DNA of 64,000 nt from Octopus sinensis. Taxonomy: Eukaryota. The notes beneath the pieces are model-generated. The model did not search any database. It worked only from the letters and a program-made list of their open reading frames with translations, and was not told the DNA's origin. Within the stretch, counting starts at the first letter, position 1. Each line of letters opens with the position of its first letter. Shown piece after piece: positions 26,001 through 40,145 of the stretch. The DNA is taken from NCBI RefSeq assembly GCF_006345805.1, contig NC_043004.1, positions 71,734,001 to 71,798,000 on the forward strand, in the 5' to 3' direction. Both the position numbers and the translations under genes were made by a program.

Positions 26001-27085
26001 GATAGCTTTCTTTATTGGCCACACAGGGCTGAATAAAGAGGGGACAAATACAAATGTAGAGCTTTTCTTTTCCAAAATGGAAAAAGAAAAAAGGAACAAA
26101 AAAGGAAACAAATGTAAAATTCCGATCAAAAAGGATCGGGAAAAAAAAGCAATCAAAAGGGATCACAGAAACACGTTTTTTAACAGTAAGAAACAAGATT
26201 AGGTACAGAATAAAAGTAAAGTTAGTTCTACTGACTGGTGAAACCAGCTTATCTGTTTGCACTGGTTTCGATAAAGATGATATGGTCTTAAAATAATATC
26301 GTGAAATATTTCCCACAGACGTAAAGATAGGTGAACAACATTAACTTACCTTAGAAGTTGCCGTCAAAATGTTTCTCTTTTCTTAAATGCGTTCTTAAAC
26401 TAAGAGGTATTATGAAGTTGCTTTCTTCTCTCTTCTCAGAGTGCTTTGCAATTCAGATGATAAGTAAATGATGAGCTTTACCATTTGCTTCAGTTCAATT
26501 TTAATAAATATCTACTTCTACCCATTGATCTTCACAATCAAACCAATCTACTTGTATTGATACGGTTGGTGAACGAAAGAGGTATATTTTAAAATCACAA
26601 TATATTGACAGTTTAATGTATAACAGCTTTCTGTTGCTTTGGATACATAGCACTGGATAACTCGCATTGTAATTATGGTTCAAACCACTTTACAGTATTT
26701 ATTTTAATACTGAACTATGCGTATGTCTCTCGCCAAAATCTCATTTGAATGCCAGATTTGTCTTCGATCGGTTAAGTTGTTAATAATATATTTATTTTAA
26801 TTCGATACATATTGATCTATCTATATAATTTGAACATGTTAGCAAATGAAACAATCATGAAAATGCATTAAAAATTATCCAACAGGTTGTAACAAGAATT
26901 GAAAACATTCAGAAGCTTCCTTCTGATGACCAGGTACCATTTACTTTCCTATGAAGGCTGCCTGCTTATCAGAAAGAAGTGAACATCCTGTCTGATGGCG
27001 AATCGTATCATACACAGAAAGGAGCACAGAAATAAACAGAGAGAGAAATTAGAAAAAGGTTAAGGGGTTAGCGATCTATCATGAC

Positions 27086-27086
27086 A

Positions 27087-27117
<31 letters not shown>

Positions 27118-27128
27118 TTTTATATAAT

Positions 27129-27173
<45 letters not shown>

Positions 27174-27197
27174 TATATATATATATATATATACATC

Positions 27198-27235
<38 letters not shown>

Positions 27236-27448
27236 TAAATCTTATATATCTTTATATATATATATACATATATATAAATCTTATATATCTATATATATAT
27301 ACATATATATAAATCTTATATATTTATATATATATACATATATATAAATCTTATATATATACATATATATCTTATATATCTATATATATATATATATACT
27401 ATATATATCTTATATATATATATATATCTTACATATATATATATATCT

Positions 27449-27487
<39 letters not shown>

Positions 27488-27659
27488 TATATATATAATA
27501 TATATACATATATATATCTTATATATATATATATACTTATATATATATATATCTACATATATATATATATATATCTATATATATATCTCTTATATATAAA
27601 TATATATATACATATATATATCTTATATATATATATATATCTTACATATATATATATCT

Positions 27660-27704
<45 letters not shown>

Positions 27705-27734
27705 TATATATATAAATATAATATACATATAAAT

Positions 27735-27782
<48 letters not shown>

Positions 27783-27846
27783 TATATATATAAATATATA
27801 TATATATAAATATATATATATAAAATATATATATATATATATAAAT

Positions 27847-27879
<33 letters not shown>

Positions 27880-27897
27880 AATATATATATATAATAT

Positions 27898-27950
<53 letters not shown>

Positions 27951-27987
27951 TATATATATCTATATATAATATATATATATATATAAA

Positions 27988-28037
<50 letters not shown>
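27086..28037. repeat. ~950 bp degenerate (TA)n tract with internal ~28-30 bp sub-units
   Basis: Almost only A/T; TATATATACATATATATAAATCTTATATAT-like unit repeated at ~27225-27365. Confidence 0.95.
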
Positions 28038-28038
<1 letters not shown>

Positions 28039-28249
28039 AGAGTGTGTGTGTATGTATATATATATATATGTGTGTGGTGTGTGTGTGTGTGTATATAGTA
28101 GTAACAGAAAAGGAGGAAATTCGATTATCCCCCCGTGGTGAGTTGTAATATATATCAAAAATTAAAAAAGGAAATTACACACACTTTATGTAGTTTTAAT
28201 ATCATTTTCAATATATCGACCAGTTTCTCTTTTGCTATTCATGATTTTA

Positions 28250-30020
28250 TGGTTTACTTATTTGAATATGTATTTTCTTAAGAAAAAAGTTTTGTTCATT
28301 TTGTGTGTGATGATATTTACGAGTGAATGACTTCACAAGTAGAAAAATAAGAGGAGGTAATTGGTTATCGTTATTATTGGGAGATAGCTGTTCAGCTTTC
28401 CGTAAGGGGAGGGGAATATATATGTACACACAAAAAATTGGGTTTCGAAAATCTTGTATAGTGAGGGGATTTATGTACAGTGATGTAATCGTGAATCAAA
28501 AGTGAATAAAAGTTGGTTATGCGTGCATATTAAGACAGTGTTCGGTATTTTCAATGAAAACAGTTTCTTTTTGTAAACGTTCTCATGGAGAGATTGTGTC
28601 TTTGCACTGGTAGAAGGGGGAGGCTGTGAAATTTGGTTTGATGTTATCTGCACATTTTTCTATATGTTCAGTGAGAGGAATTTGCCTGTATTGCCTGAAA
28701 CAGATTTGCTCTTTATGTAGAGTGGTTCATATTCTCATGGTCATGCTCATCTGTTCAATATAGTTGTGTCTGCAAAAAAAAAAAACAATTAATGAAGACC
28801 CAATTAATGAAGAGGCAATAATGGTTACACACGATGTTATCAATCTTTTCACCATCCCACATGACTATGGAATAAAAGCAATTAAATTCAGGTTGGAAAA
28901 GTGCCCCGAAGTACTTCCTGAACGCATAAATCAGATCTTTACAATTTATAATTCAGAACAATTAGTTCCTATTTGATGACTTAGACTATCGTCAAAGTTG
29001 CGGAATTGTGATGGGAGCGAAAGCATTCCCTGTTCTTGCAAACCCTATAATGGGTTATTTTGAATTTACTTTATGTGAAGTATCACTTCAGAAATATGGT
29101 TACCCATTTTACTTTTACGTAAGAGAAAGTTCGAAAATATACGTGGAAGACTGTTTATCATTTGGAAGGAGAACATCGACAAACTTTTGAATTTCAAATC
29201 AACACTAAATGATATAAATAGTAACATTCAATTCACAATGGAATATAACAAAGAATAGCCCCCATTTTTAGATACCATGATAATAAAAGTCAACAATCAA
29301 ATCATAACTGACATTATTATAAACCAACTGACTCAAAACAATATCTCCGCTTTAGCTCTTGCCACCCCGAAACACATCAAAATAAATATCCCTTTAAATT
29401 TGGCAAAAAAGATTTGCACAATAGTGTCTGAAAGAACAACTCGGGATCTTCGTCTTCAAGGTCTCAAACAACGCTTACTGAAAGACAATATCCACCCTCA
29501 CTTATAGACGAGGGAATTAAACGTGCCAAAAACCTAGACATAAAAACACTAAGAACAAAAAAAATATCACATTACACCTCATCCCAAAACATTACTATTT
29601 ATATCAACATACAACCTCATTGTGAGGCGTTCAACACTATTCTGCAAAATCTTCCTTCACTAAATAGAGATCCTAAATTCAACGACATCCTGAAAGCGCA
29701 CAAATTCATCAAATGCAAAAAGCAACACAAATCGCATCGCTAAAGAGACTACTAACAAATGAGAAGCTTTACAAAACAACCACGAAACCAACGGTTAAAA
29801 GGTGTGGACGCCCAAACTGTAGAACCTGCTCCAGCGTACTTGAAGGTTCGGATTTCATTTTCAAACAAGGACAGAGATTCACAATTAAAACTAGTTTCAC
29901 TTGTACCTCTGAGAACTTAATTTATGTAATAACCTGCTCAGGTTGCGGACACAACTATATTGGACGGACAGCCGAGTATGACCTTGAAAAGATGAACGAC
30001 TCTACATAAAGAGCACATAT
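28250..30020. mobile_element. Penelope-like element (RT + GIY-YIG) with inverted internal segment, left copy
   Basis: Plus 28785-30020: THDVINL, MGAKAFP..AN, PFLD, CGRPNCRTC, NLIYVITCSGCGHNYIG. Minus 28770->28250: endonuclease C-terminus (RQIPLTEHIEKC..PFYQC) and 3' region. Confidence 0.85.
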
Positions 30021-30031
30021 GTTATATAATT

Positions 30032-30069
<38 letters not shown>

Positions 30070-30437
30070 TTACATATGTATATATATGTAATTTATAGAT
30101 GTCAATGTTTATCTGTGGGTATCAGATGGACACCTATAATGTATATAAGTGTGCGTCTAAGCACATAATAATGCATGGAGCGGTATGTATATGTATACTA
30201 TTTAAGTATCCATGATTCTACAGGAGTATATATAAATATGTATATCAGTATGTTTGCATGTATCTATGTGTGTCTATGTATGTATTATGTATGTCTGGAT
30301 GTATGTATATATCTACTTGCCCTTTTAGTATGTATTCGGACACATATAAAAGTATGTTTGATTATTATGTGTGTAGTATATATGCACATACAGGGAAGGG
30401 TGTATGCGTATGAATGTATAACTGGTTTATATGTGAA

Positions 30438-30476
<39 letters not shown>

Positions 30477-30477
30477 T

Positions 30478-30890
30478 CTTTTACTCTTTTACTTGTTTCA
30501 GTCATTTGACTGTGGCCATGCTGAAGCACCACCTTCAGTCGAGCAATTCGACCCTAGGACTTATTCTTTGTAAGCCTAGTACTTATTCTATCGGTCTCTT
30601 TTGCCGAACCGCTAAGTTACGGGGACGTAAAACACCAGCATCGGTTGTCAAGCGATGTTGGGAGGACAAACACAGACACACAAGCACATACACACATACA
30701 TAATATATATATATATATATATATATATACGACGGGCTTCTTTCAGTTTTCATCTACCAAATCCACTCACAAGACTTTGGTCGGCCCGAGGCTATAGTAG
30801 AAGACACTTGCCCAAGGTGTCACGTAGTGGAACTGAACCCTGAACCATGTGGTCGGTAAACAAGCTACTTACCACACAGCCACTCCTACG

Positions 30891-30892
<2 letters not shown>
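30478..30892 (-). mobile_element. SINE family 1 full-length copy, left-arm specific
   Basis: Reverse complement of 11937-12345 including the head (GGAGTGGCTGTGTGG) and tail. Confidence 0.85.
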
Positions 30893-30967
<75 letters not shown>

Positions 30968-30969
30968 TA

Positions 30970-31400
30970 TAATCCACCTGGATTACTGCTCACAGCTATG
31001 GTCACCCACCAGTGTGAAATTAACAGCGGACCTTGAAGCAATCCAGAGAAGATTCACAAAGAAGATCGTCTCTTTGCAACAGCTCAGCTACTGGGAAAGA
31101 TTGAAACAGCTAAGACTCTACTCCCTGGGGAGAAGACGGGAGAGGTAGAACGGGACGACACTGCATATTGCCAAAGTTCCCAGCGATGCCATTACGCTTC
31201 ACGACCAGCTTCTGCAAGAGCCTGGGTTTCAAGGGCCCACAGCTTTTTAATTTAAGGAACTTGCACAAAGTAGATGTAGCGTTTTTTAAATCAAAGCTGG
31301 ACATCTTCCTGTCAAGAGTCTCAGATGAACCTCACGACAAGAGGTGCAAATCAGAGTAGCTATATCAAACTCCATTCTTCACCAAGTGCCACATATTTGA
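30970..31400 (+). mobile_element. CR1/L2-like LINE 3' fragment
   Basis: LDYCSQLWSP..LEAIQRRFTKKI..LSYWERLKQLRLYSL.RRRER and GPQLFN..FKSKLDIFLSRV.DEP, typical of CR1-group RT C-termini. Confidence 0.8.
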
Positions 31401-31579
31401 GGAGGTTCTTCGTAATAACAGTGTAGCACAAAACGGCAGTGCATCAGCATGGCCGCAGCTCTGAGCTGAAACAAGAAAGAAAGTATATATAATACATATA
31501 TATATAACATATGTATGTATGTACGTATGTATGTATCTATCTATGTATGTATCTATGTATGTATGTATGACAGCTGCAT

Positions 31580-31830
31580 CCTCGTTACACGAGGAAAGCC
31601 GTTGCCAAGAAGAATTGCTGAAATGATTCATGATTGTTGCCATGCAATACCCTTATAGGATTTTGAAGCCCGGCCACTCCTTTATTACATAATAGAGAAT
31701 TGTGCTGGCTGGCAGGAATAACAGGTGCCACCATATGCACTCTCTTAACATGTCTTTTTAGATCTCCAACTGAGAGGCATACCCTTCCGCGTTTTACAGA
31801 CTTTCTGTTAGGAATTTTAATTGTAGTCAA
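31580..31830 (-). pseudogene. Degenerate pair of C2H2-like fingers, probably retroelement-derived
   Basis: RVCLSVGDLKRHVKRVH and LLCNK..AGLQNPIRVLH; mirrored twice at 35990-36520. Confidence 0.5.
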
Positions 31831-31959
31831 CGCCCATTCAACTACGTGTGTTTCTATGTGTTTATAGCATATATTGCATTTTAAGCTTTCTGTGTGTATG
31901 GTAAATGCTGCATTTCAGCATATGTATGTACATACTCTATACTGTGTTTGTATAAATTG

Positions 31960-32085
<126 letters not shown>

Positions 32086-32097
32086 TATATATATATA

Positions 32098-32134
<37 letters not shown>

Positions 32135-32829
32135 CTGGAACCACGTAGTTTCTGGAATCAAAGAGAAATCAGGCATGCACAGACTAGATTAATGAATGGT
32201 AGATAAATGAATAATTAATTAACAGCGATCTCAGTCTTGTTTAATAAATTTTGAACACATGGAATGAGGAGTTTTTTTAGGTATTAAGAAAGCAATAACG
32301 GGTTTGTTATATATGCAACGCATAGACACACATACAAATGAATATAGACATATAGATAACTATATGCAAAAACATGCAAAATACATGTACATAAACACAC
32401 ACACAACATATAAATACATATACATATATATATACGTTTACATATTTGTTTTGCAAGATTTTTATGTGAAATCGTTTATTGAAACAGATATTGTTGTATT
32501 TCGGAATGGTCATTTTGCCAGTTTAGCCAATAAAAACACACGCACTATATATTTAGTGTTACTTTGCTTCAGCGTTATTTATTTTTTACATTAATCTTAA
32601 TCTTATTTCGGCCAGAATTATTTCGTCACACTCCTGTGACCGCATCAGTAGTCCTTTGCTTTCTTCTTTCTTATTTGTGTGTCTCTGGAGAGGCTTATAT
32701 TCAATCCCTACAAAAACAATATCGAAACCCTGATAACAGTAGCCCAAACGATAGCTTAAATCTAACCAAGCACAGACACACTAGAATCAACCATGAATTA
32801 AAGAAAACTTATAAAAGACAAATTGAATA

Positions 32830-33790
32830 ACTACCGCCACAAAATTTAATTTTCGCTCCAAGCACCCAAACAAACAGACCTAACCGAAAATATAAAACCA
32901 TGACGTCATTTGGTATAACCCAATCTGGAACATCTCATCCAATATCGCGAAACAATTTCTGACCACTCTGGATCGCTGCTTCCCTAAAAATGGAGTGTAC
33001 AGCAAAATATTTAACCGTCATCCTATAAAACTATCCTATGCAAATTCATCAAACTTAAAGCACCATGTCCATAGGATTAACAGCGGTAAACTGAGACGGA
33101 GGGTAGTTAGCACTCAAAATAACCTTCTTGACATTAACCATAACTCATACGACTAACGTAAAAACAACGTTTATACTACCAATCAACAGAACAATACTTA
33201 ATTTTCCAAGATAACCATCTTAAAAACAATACAAGCAACAAATCAAATAAGTAACTGAGAACACCTAATGATAATAAAATGATTATAGTAACAACCAAAA
33301 TACCGAACAGCACCAATCACTCCCGCGCTCGATGTGCACAAACCACAAAATCAAGCCGTTATTCTCATGCAGAGATAAATTCAATTGCCCTTTGGATAAC
33401 CAATATATGACTAAGAACGGCGTATATAAGTGCACTATAAACATTCGAAGAGGCCCCTACATATATATGGGGGGGTAGCAGCTGAGTTTTCAAAAGTCGA
33501 TACCGCAAATACATGGCCAGATTTCGAAATATCCTCAAACGACATGTAACTGGCCGATTTTATCATAACTGGCCGATTTTAACATAACTGGCCGATTTTA
33601 TCTGGCAATTTAAGGAAGCAAAGACAACCATACATGATCCATAGTTAGACATGCGAGTCCCTACAACATTATATCCCGCAAATGCCAATTATGCTCCGAG
33701 GTGTCACTCTCGATAATGTTGACAAAGGCGCGTATTATAAATAAAGTCACTCAACATTTACCCGGATGCCTACACGTAGCTAAACACACA
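32830..33790 (+). mobile_element. Penelope-like element remnant of a second clade (Naiad/Chlamys-like) in the spacer
   Basis: Frames read VIWYNPIWNISSNIAKQFL..FPK...KIFNRH.IKLSY, NCPLD, and ASPYNIISRKCQLC..IINK...CLH, matching the GIY-YIG PLE type as I recall it; disrupted. Confidence 0.65.
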
Positions 33791-33992
33791 TTTATACACT
33801 ACAATCAAGATAATACATAACTTGATATATACATGGTAGCCACAATTATTTTATGCACATGAACTAGAGGAACCATATTTGAATACCCTGTATTTGACAT
33901 ATGATCATGCCATCTAGATCTATCCATGTACATATATGTATAAGTGTATATGTATGCATGAAAAACAAAAAATATATATATATGTATATGTA

Positions 33993-34047
<55 letters not shown>

Positions 34048-34313
34048 TTCTTTGCTCGACTGCAGCCAGTGTCTTATTTCTATTTTTCGGAGTTTTTAAA
34101 GTGCTATTAGCGTCTTTTCGCTTCTACTTTCTATAGCGTGGACAGGATTATAGCCAATCCCTTGTTTAACATTTGTAAAGTTTACCCATCAAAATTATAT
34201 TTCCGTGGTAAAATCATTAATCATTTTTACATTTTAGTATTATAATATATATATATAGGCATACATTCAAATAAATACGCAAATGTTTATGCATATATAT
34301 ATATATGTGTATA

Positions 34314-34369
<56 letters not shown>

Positions 34370-34379
34370 CATATATCGC

Positions 34380-34683
34380 CGTCATCACCGTGACCGACCA
34401 GGCTATCAGATGTTACTACACATCGCTTGTCACATTGCGCTTCACATTGTTTTAGCCTTCAAATTACGCCACCCCACTGGCTAAGCGAGTAGGCCAACAG
34501 ATGCAAGAGTTAGAGAAAGTTGTGGCGAAAGACTACAGCAGGGTTCACCCCCTCCTTGCCGGAGCCTCGTAGAGCTTTATGCGTTTTCGCTCAATAAACG
34601 CTCACAAGGCCCGGTCTGGGAATCGAAACCTCGATCTTACAACCGCGAGTCCGCTGCCCTAACCACTGGGCCATTGCACCTCC
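34380..34683 (-). mobile_element. tRNA-headed SINE, family 3
   Basis: Minus strand starts GGAGGTGCAATGGCCCAGTGGTTAGGGCAGCGGACTCGCGG..GGTTTCGATTCC (A and B boxes) followed by a non-tRNA body. Confidence 0.8.
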
Positions 34684-35437
34684 ACACACACTCACACACA
34701 CGCACACATATATATATGCACACACATAGATACATACACACTGCTTAATATGAAATACAAACACGGACCCATAAACACACTACACTGAACTCTAAGACCA
34801 GTCCAAAACCAACGAACCATGACAGACTAGCTCGGAAATAATGAACTATTTTTCCACAAATTATTCGAAATCAGATCATGCCAATGCTTTCCCCCTCCCA
34901 ACGAACCTTCCACACTATTTCTTAAAATGGTAACTATCCTTGCCAAACACGCATACATGACAGGAGAGGAAGAAAAATGTTTGATTAGTTCCCTAAAATT
35001 CTGTATAAATATTTCAATATGATTTCTGATGTATTTTTCACTAGGTAATACACGCTTTCGCATATCAAATACTATCTACATATGCTTTCTGCACATATAA
35101 TTATAAACAATCATAATTTTTCATTAACTTAGTAATAATTATGAATTTATTTCACTGCCTATTTGGACACTTTTATGCGGACTGTTTAACCACAAAGCCC
35201 TGCCTGACACTTTCTTGTCATAGTCAAAGACTATCACTGTGTTTTAATACATCAATATTAACTATTTTTAACACTGCAAAGGCTACACAAAGCCTTACAC
35301 TTCACTTTTGAAAGTCTTTTTTAAAAACATTTGAAACCAGTCAAGATAATAAACATATTTAAAAGACCTCTGCATTTTAAATACTCCTCCCTATATATTA
35401 TCACTCCTGCGGTACCTTCAAACCTTACTTTGTTATG

Positions 35438-35507
<70 letters not shown>

Positions 35508-35831
35508 TATATACATACATACATACATATATACATATATATATATATACATACATACATATATATATACACATTTATATACACACACACACATATATAC
35601 ACATTTATATACACACACACACACATATATATATATAAATTAGAAAAAACACTATGTAATTCAAACAATGATAGACATGAACCAAATCATAAAGAAAAAA
35701 TAAAATATAGAACTAGATCACAAAAAGTAAAATGAATAAACAATAAACAATATATACAATATATAAAATATATGCAATATATAATAACTAAAAATATTTT
35801 TATTATTATTATTATTACTATTGTTATCATC

Positions 35832-35862
<31 letters not shown>

Positions 35863-35989
35863 CATATTGTATATACACAATATACAATATGTACATACAC
35901 ATACTGAAATACAGTACTTAAATGCAATATATGCAATAAACACACAACAACATACGTAGTTGAATGGCCGTTGACTACTATTAGAATTC

Positions 35990-36520
35990 CTAACAGAAAT
36001 TGTGTAAAATGCGGAAGGGTATGCCTCTCATTTGGAGGTCTAAAAAACATGTTAAGAGAGTGCATATTGTGCCACCTGTTTTTCCTGTCAGCCAGGACAA
36101 CAGTTGTCTAGTAAGTAATAAAATGTGTAAAAGCTTGGCCGGGCTTAAAAGTTATGTAAGGGCATCACATAACAACACTCATGAATCATTTCAATGACCT
36201 TTCTTGGCAATGACTTTTCTCGTGTAAGGAGGATGAAGCTGTGTGATATATATATATATATATTAAAATTCATAACAGAACATGTGTAGAATGTGATGTG
36301 GAAGGGTGTGCTTTTCAGTTAGAGGTCTACTAATACATGTTAAGACAGTGCATAGGGTGGCACCTAATTTTCCTGCACACCAGCACGATTATCTATTATG
36401 TAATAAAATGTGTAAAAGCTTCGCCGGGCTTCAAAATCATATAAGGGTATTGCATGATAACAAACATGAATTATTTCAGAAATTCTTCTTGGCAATGGTT
36501 TTTCTCGTGTAACGAGGATG
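35990..36520 (+). pseudogene. Two tandem copies of the degenerate C2H2-like finger pair
   Basis: ORFs 36000-36197 and 36306-36512 (CNKMCKSFAGLQNHIRVLH); unit ~290 bp. Confidence 0.5.
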
Positions 36521-36792
36521 CAGGTGTCATACATACATACATACAGACAGACAGACAGACATAATACATACAGAGGCACACTTAGATACATGCAAACGTA
36601 CTGACATACATACATAAGTATATAGACTGCTGTAGAAACATGGAAACTTAAATAGTATACATATACATAACGCTCGATGCATAATTATGTGCTTAGACAC
36701 ATACTTATATACATTATAAGCGTCCATCAGATACCTACAAATACTAACATGTCTGAATTTCATATATATATATATATGGCTAAGTATATATC

Positions 36793-36833
<41 letters not shown>

Positions 36834-36857
36834 GTATATATATATATATATATATGT

Positions 36858-36903
<46 letters not shown>

Positions 36904-36909
36904 CAGAAA

Positions 36910-38700
36910 TTATATAACGGATTTGCTCTTTATGTAGAGTGGTTCGTCTTTTGAAGGTCATACTCGGCTGTCCGTCCAATATAGTTGTGTCCACAACCCG
37001 AGTAGGTTATTACGTAAATTAGGTTCTCAGATGTACAAGTGAAACTAGTTTTAATTGTGAATCTCTGTCCTTGTTTGAAAATGAAATCCAAACCTTCATC
37101 TACGTTGGGGCAGGTTCCACAGTTTTTGGGTCCACATCTTTTAACCGTTGGTTTCGTGGTGGTTTTGTAAAGCTTCGTATTTGTTAGTAGTCTCTGTAGC
37201 GATGCGATTTGTGTTGCTTTTTGCATTTGATGAATTCAGGGTGTCGTTGATTTTTTAATCTCTGTTTAGTAAAGGAAGATTTTGCACAATAGTGCTGAAT
37301 GCCTCACAATCTCTGAGGTTGTGTGTTGATAAATAGTAATGTTTTGAGATGTGGTGTGATGTGATGTTTTGTTGTTCTTAGTGTTTTATGTCTAAGTTTT
37401 GGCACATTCAATTCCATCATCTATAAGTGAGGGTGGATATTGTCTTTCAGTATGCGTTGTTTTGAGATCTTGAAGACGAAGATCCCGAGTTGTTCTATCA
37501 GACACTATTGTGCAAATCTTTTTTGCCAAATTTAAAGGGATATTTATTTTGATGTGTTTCGGGTGGCAAGAGCTAAAGAGGAGTTATTGTTTTGAGTCAG
37601 TTGGTTTATAATAAATGTCAGTTATGATTTGATTGTTGACTTTTATTATCATGATATCTAAAAATGCTTGTATTCATTTAGTGTTGATTTCAAATCCAAA
37701 AGTTTGTCGATGTTCTCCTTCCAAATGATAAAACAGTCATCCAGGTATCTTTTCCAATTTTCTATAAGTAAAATTAAAATGGCTAACGATATTTCTGATA
37801 CTTCATATACGGTGAATTCAAATAACTAATTATTGGATTCGCAAGAACAGGGATGCTTTCGTTCCCATTACAGTTCCGCAAATTTGACGATAGTCTATGT
37901 TATCAAATAGGAAATAATTATTCTGAAGTATAAATTTTAGAGATTCAATAATAAAGATCTGATTTATGCGTTCCGGGAGAATTTCGGGGCATGTTTCCAA
38001 CCTGAATTTAGTTGCTTTTATGCCATAGTCATGTGGGATGGTGTGAAGATTGATAACATCGTGTGTAAACAATATTGCCTCTTCATTAATTGGGTCTTCA
38101 TTAATTGTTTTTTTTTTTTGCAGACACAACTATATTGTGCAGACGAGTATGACCATGAGGAGGAGAACTACTCTACATAAACAGCAAATCTGTTTCCCGC
38201 AATACAGGCAAATTCCTCTCACTGAACATATAGAAAAATGTGCAGATAATATCAAACCAAATTTCACAGCCTCCCCCTTCGACCAGTGCAAAGACACAAT
38301 CTCTCCACAAGAACGTTCAAATAAAGAAACTTTTTCATTGAGAAATACGGAACACGTCCTAATATGCACGCATAACCAACTTTTATCTTATTGCATATTT
38401 TGATTCACGATTACATCACTGTACATAAATCCCCTCACTAAACAACCCTATTTTTTGTGTGTACATATATATTCCACTCCCCTTACGGAAAGCTGAACAG
38501 CTATCTCCCTTGCCCACAACAACAACAACAATAATAACAATATCCAATTATCTCCCCTTATTTTTCTACTTGTGAAGTCATTCACTCGTAAATATCATCA
38601 CACATAAAATGGACAAAACTTTTTTCTTAAGAAAATACATATTCAAATAAGTAAACCATAAAATCATGAATAGCAAAAGCGAAACCGTCGATATATTTAA
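36910..38700. mobile_element. Penelope-like element with inverted segment, right copy
   Basis: Mirror of 28250-30020; ORF 38050-38403 CRHNYIVQTSMTMRRRTTLHKQQI (GIY-YIG); ORFs 36930-37226 and 37830-38129 on the minus strand. Confidence 0.85.
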
Positions 38701-38831
38701 AATTATGTTAAAACTACATAAAGTGTGTGTATTTTCCTTTTTTAATCTCTTATATATATTACAACTCACCACGTGGGGATAATCGAAATTCCTCCTTTTC
38801 TGGTACTACTTTACACACACACACACACACA

Positions 38832-38886
<55 letters not shown>

Positions 38887-40019
38887 TTTCATGATAGATC
38901 GCTAGCCACTTAACCTTTTTCTATTTTCTCTCCCTGCTTATTTCTGTGCTCCTTTCTGTGTATGATACGATTCGCCATCAGACAGGATGTTCACTTCTTT
39001 CTGATGAGCAGGCTGCCTTTATAGGAAAGTAAATGGTACCTGGTCATCAGAAGGAAGCTTCTGAATGTTTTCAGTTCTTGGAAACAATATATTGCCAAAC
39101 ATTTATTTACACACTGTATATGCATTTGACCAATTCGTTACAACCTGTTGGATAATTGTTAATGCGTTTTCATGATTATTTCATTTTCTAACATGTTTAA
39201 ATTTTGTAGTTAGATCAATATGTATCGAATCAAAATAAATATATTATTAACAACTTAACCGATAGAAGCCAAATCTGGCATTCAAAATGTGACGTTGGCG
39301 AGAGACATACGCATAGTTCAGTATTAAAATAAATACTGTAAAGTGGTTTGAACCATAATTAAAATGCGAATATATCCAGTGTTATATATCCAAAGCAACA
39401 GAAAGCTGTTATACATTAAACTGTCAATATATTGCGATTTTAAAATAACCCTCTTTCGTTCACCAACCGTATCAAATTGATTGTGATGATCAATGGGTAG
39501 AAGTAGAGATTTATTAAAATTGTACTGAAGCAAATAGTAAAGTTCATCATTTACTTATCATCTAAATTGCAAAGCACTCTGAGAAGAGAGAAGAAAGCAA
39601 CTTCATAATACCTCTTAGTTTAAGAACGCATTTAAGAAAAGAGAAATATTTTGACGGCAACTTCTAAGGTAAGTTAATGTTGTTCACCTATCTTTACGTC
39701 TGTGGAAAATATTTCACGATATTATTTTATGACCATATCATCTTTATCGAAACCAGTGCAAACAGATAAGCTGGTTTCACCAGTCAGTAGAACTAACTTT
39801 ACTTTTATTCTGAACCTAATATTGTTTCTTACTGTTAAAAAAAATGTGCTTCTGTGATACACGATCCCTTTTGATCGCTTTCACCGATCCTTTTGATCGA
39901 AATTTTACATTTGTTTCCTTTTTTGTTCCTTTTTTCATTTTCCCTCTTCGAAAAGAAAAGCTCTACATATGTACTTGTCCCCTTTGTATTCAGCCCTGCG
40001 TGGCCGATAAAGAAAGTTA

Positions 40020-40058
<39 letters not shown>

Positions 40059-40079
40059 CGTCCATCCACCCATCCAACC

Positions 40080-40145
<66 letters not shown>

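Noticed and set aside
28213-28255. Hammerhead relic at the PLE 3' end (GAAACTGGTC; right copy GAAACCGTC near 38680)
   Set aside because: The core is broken in both arms; it is expected PLE decay, not a functional ribozyme.
33547-33602. Short direct repeats as a CRISPR-like array (also the 54905-55055 minisatellite)
   Set aside because: The repeats are contiguous with no unique spacers, there are no cas genes, and the context is eukaryotic.
34827-35063. 78 aa ORF in the spacer as a central gene
   Set aside because: No recognisable domain, splice context or second copy to support it.
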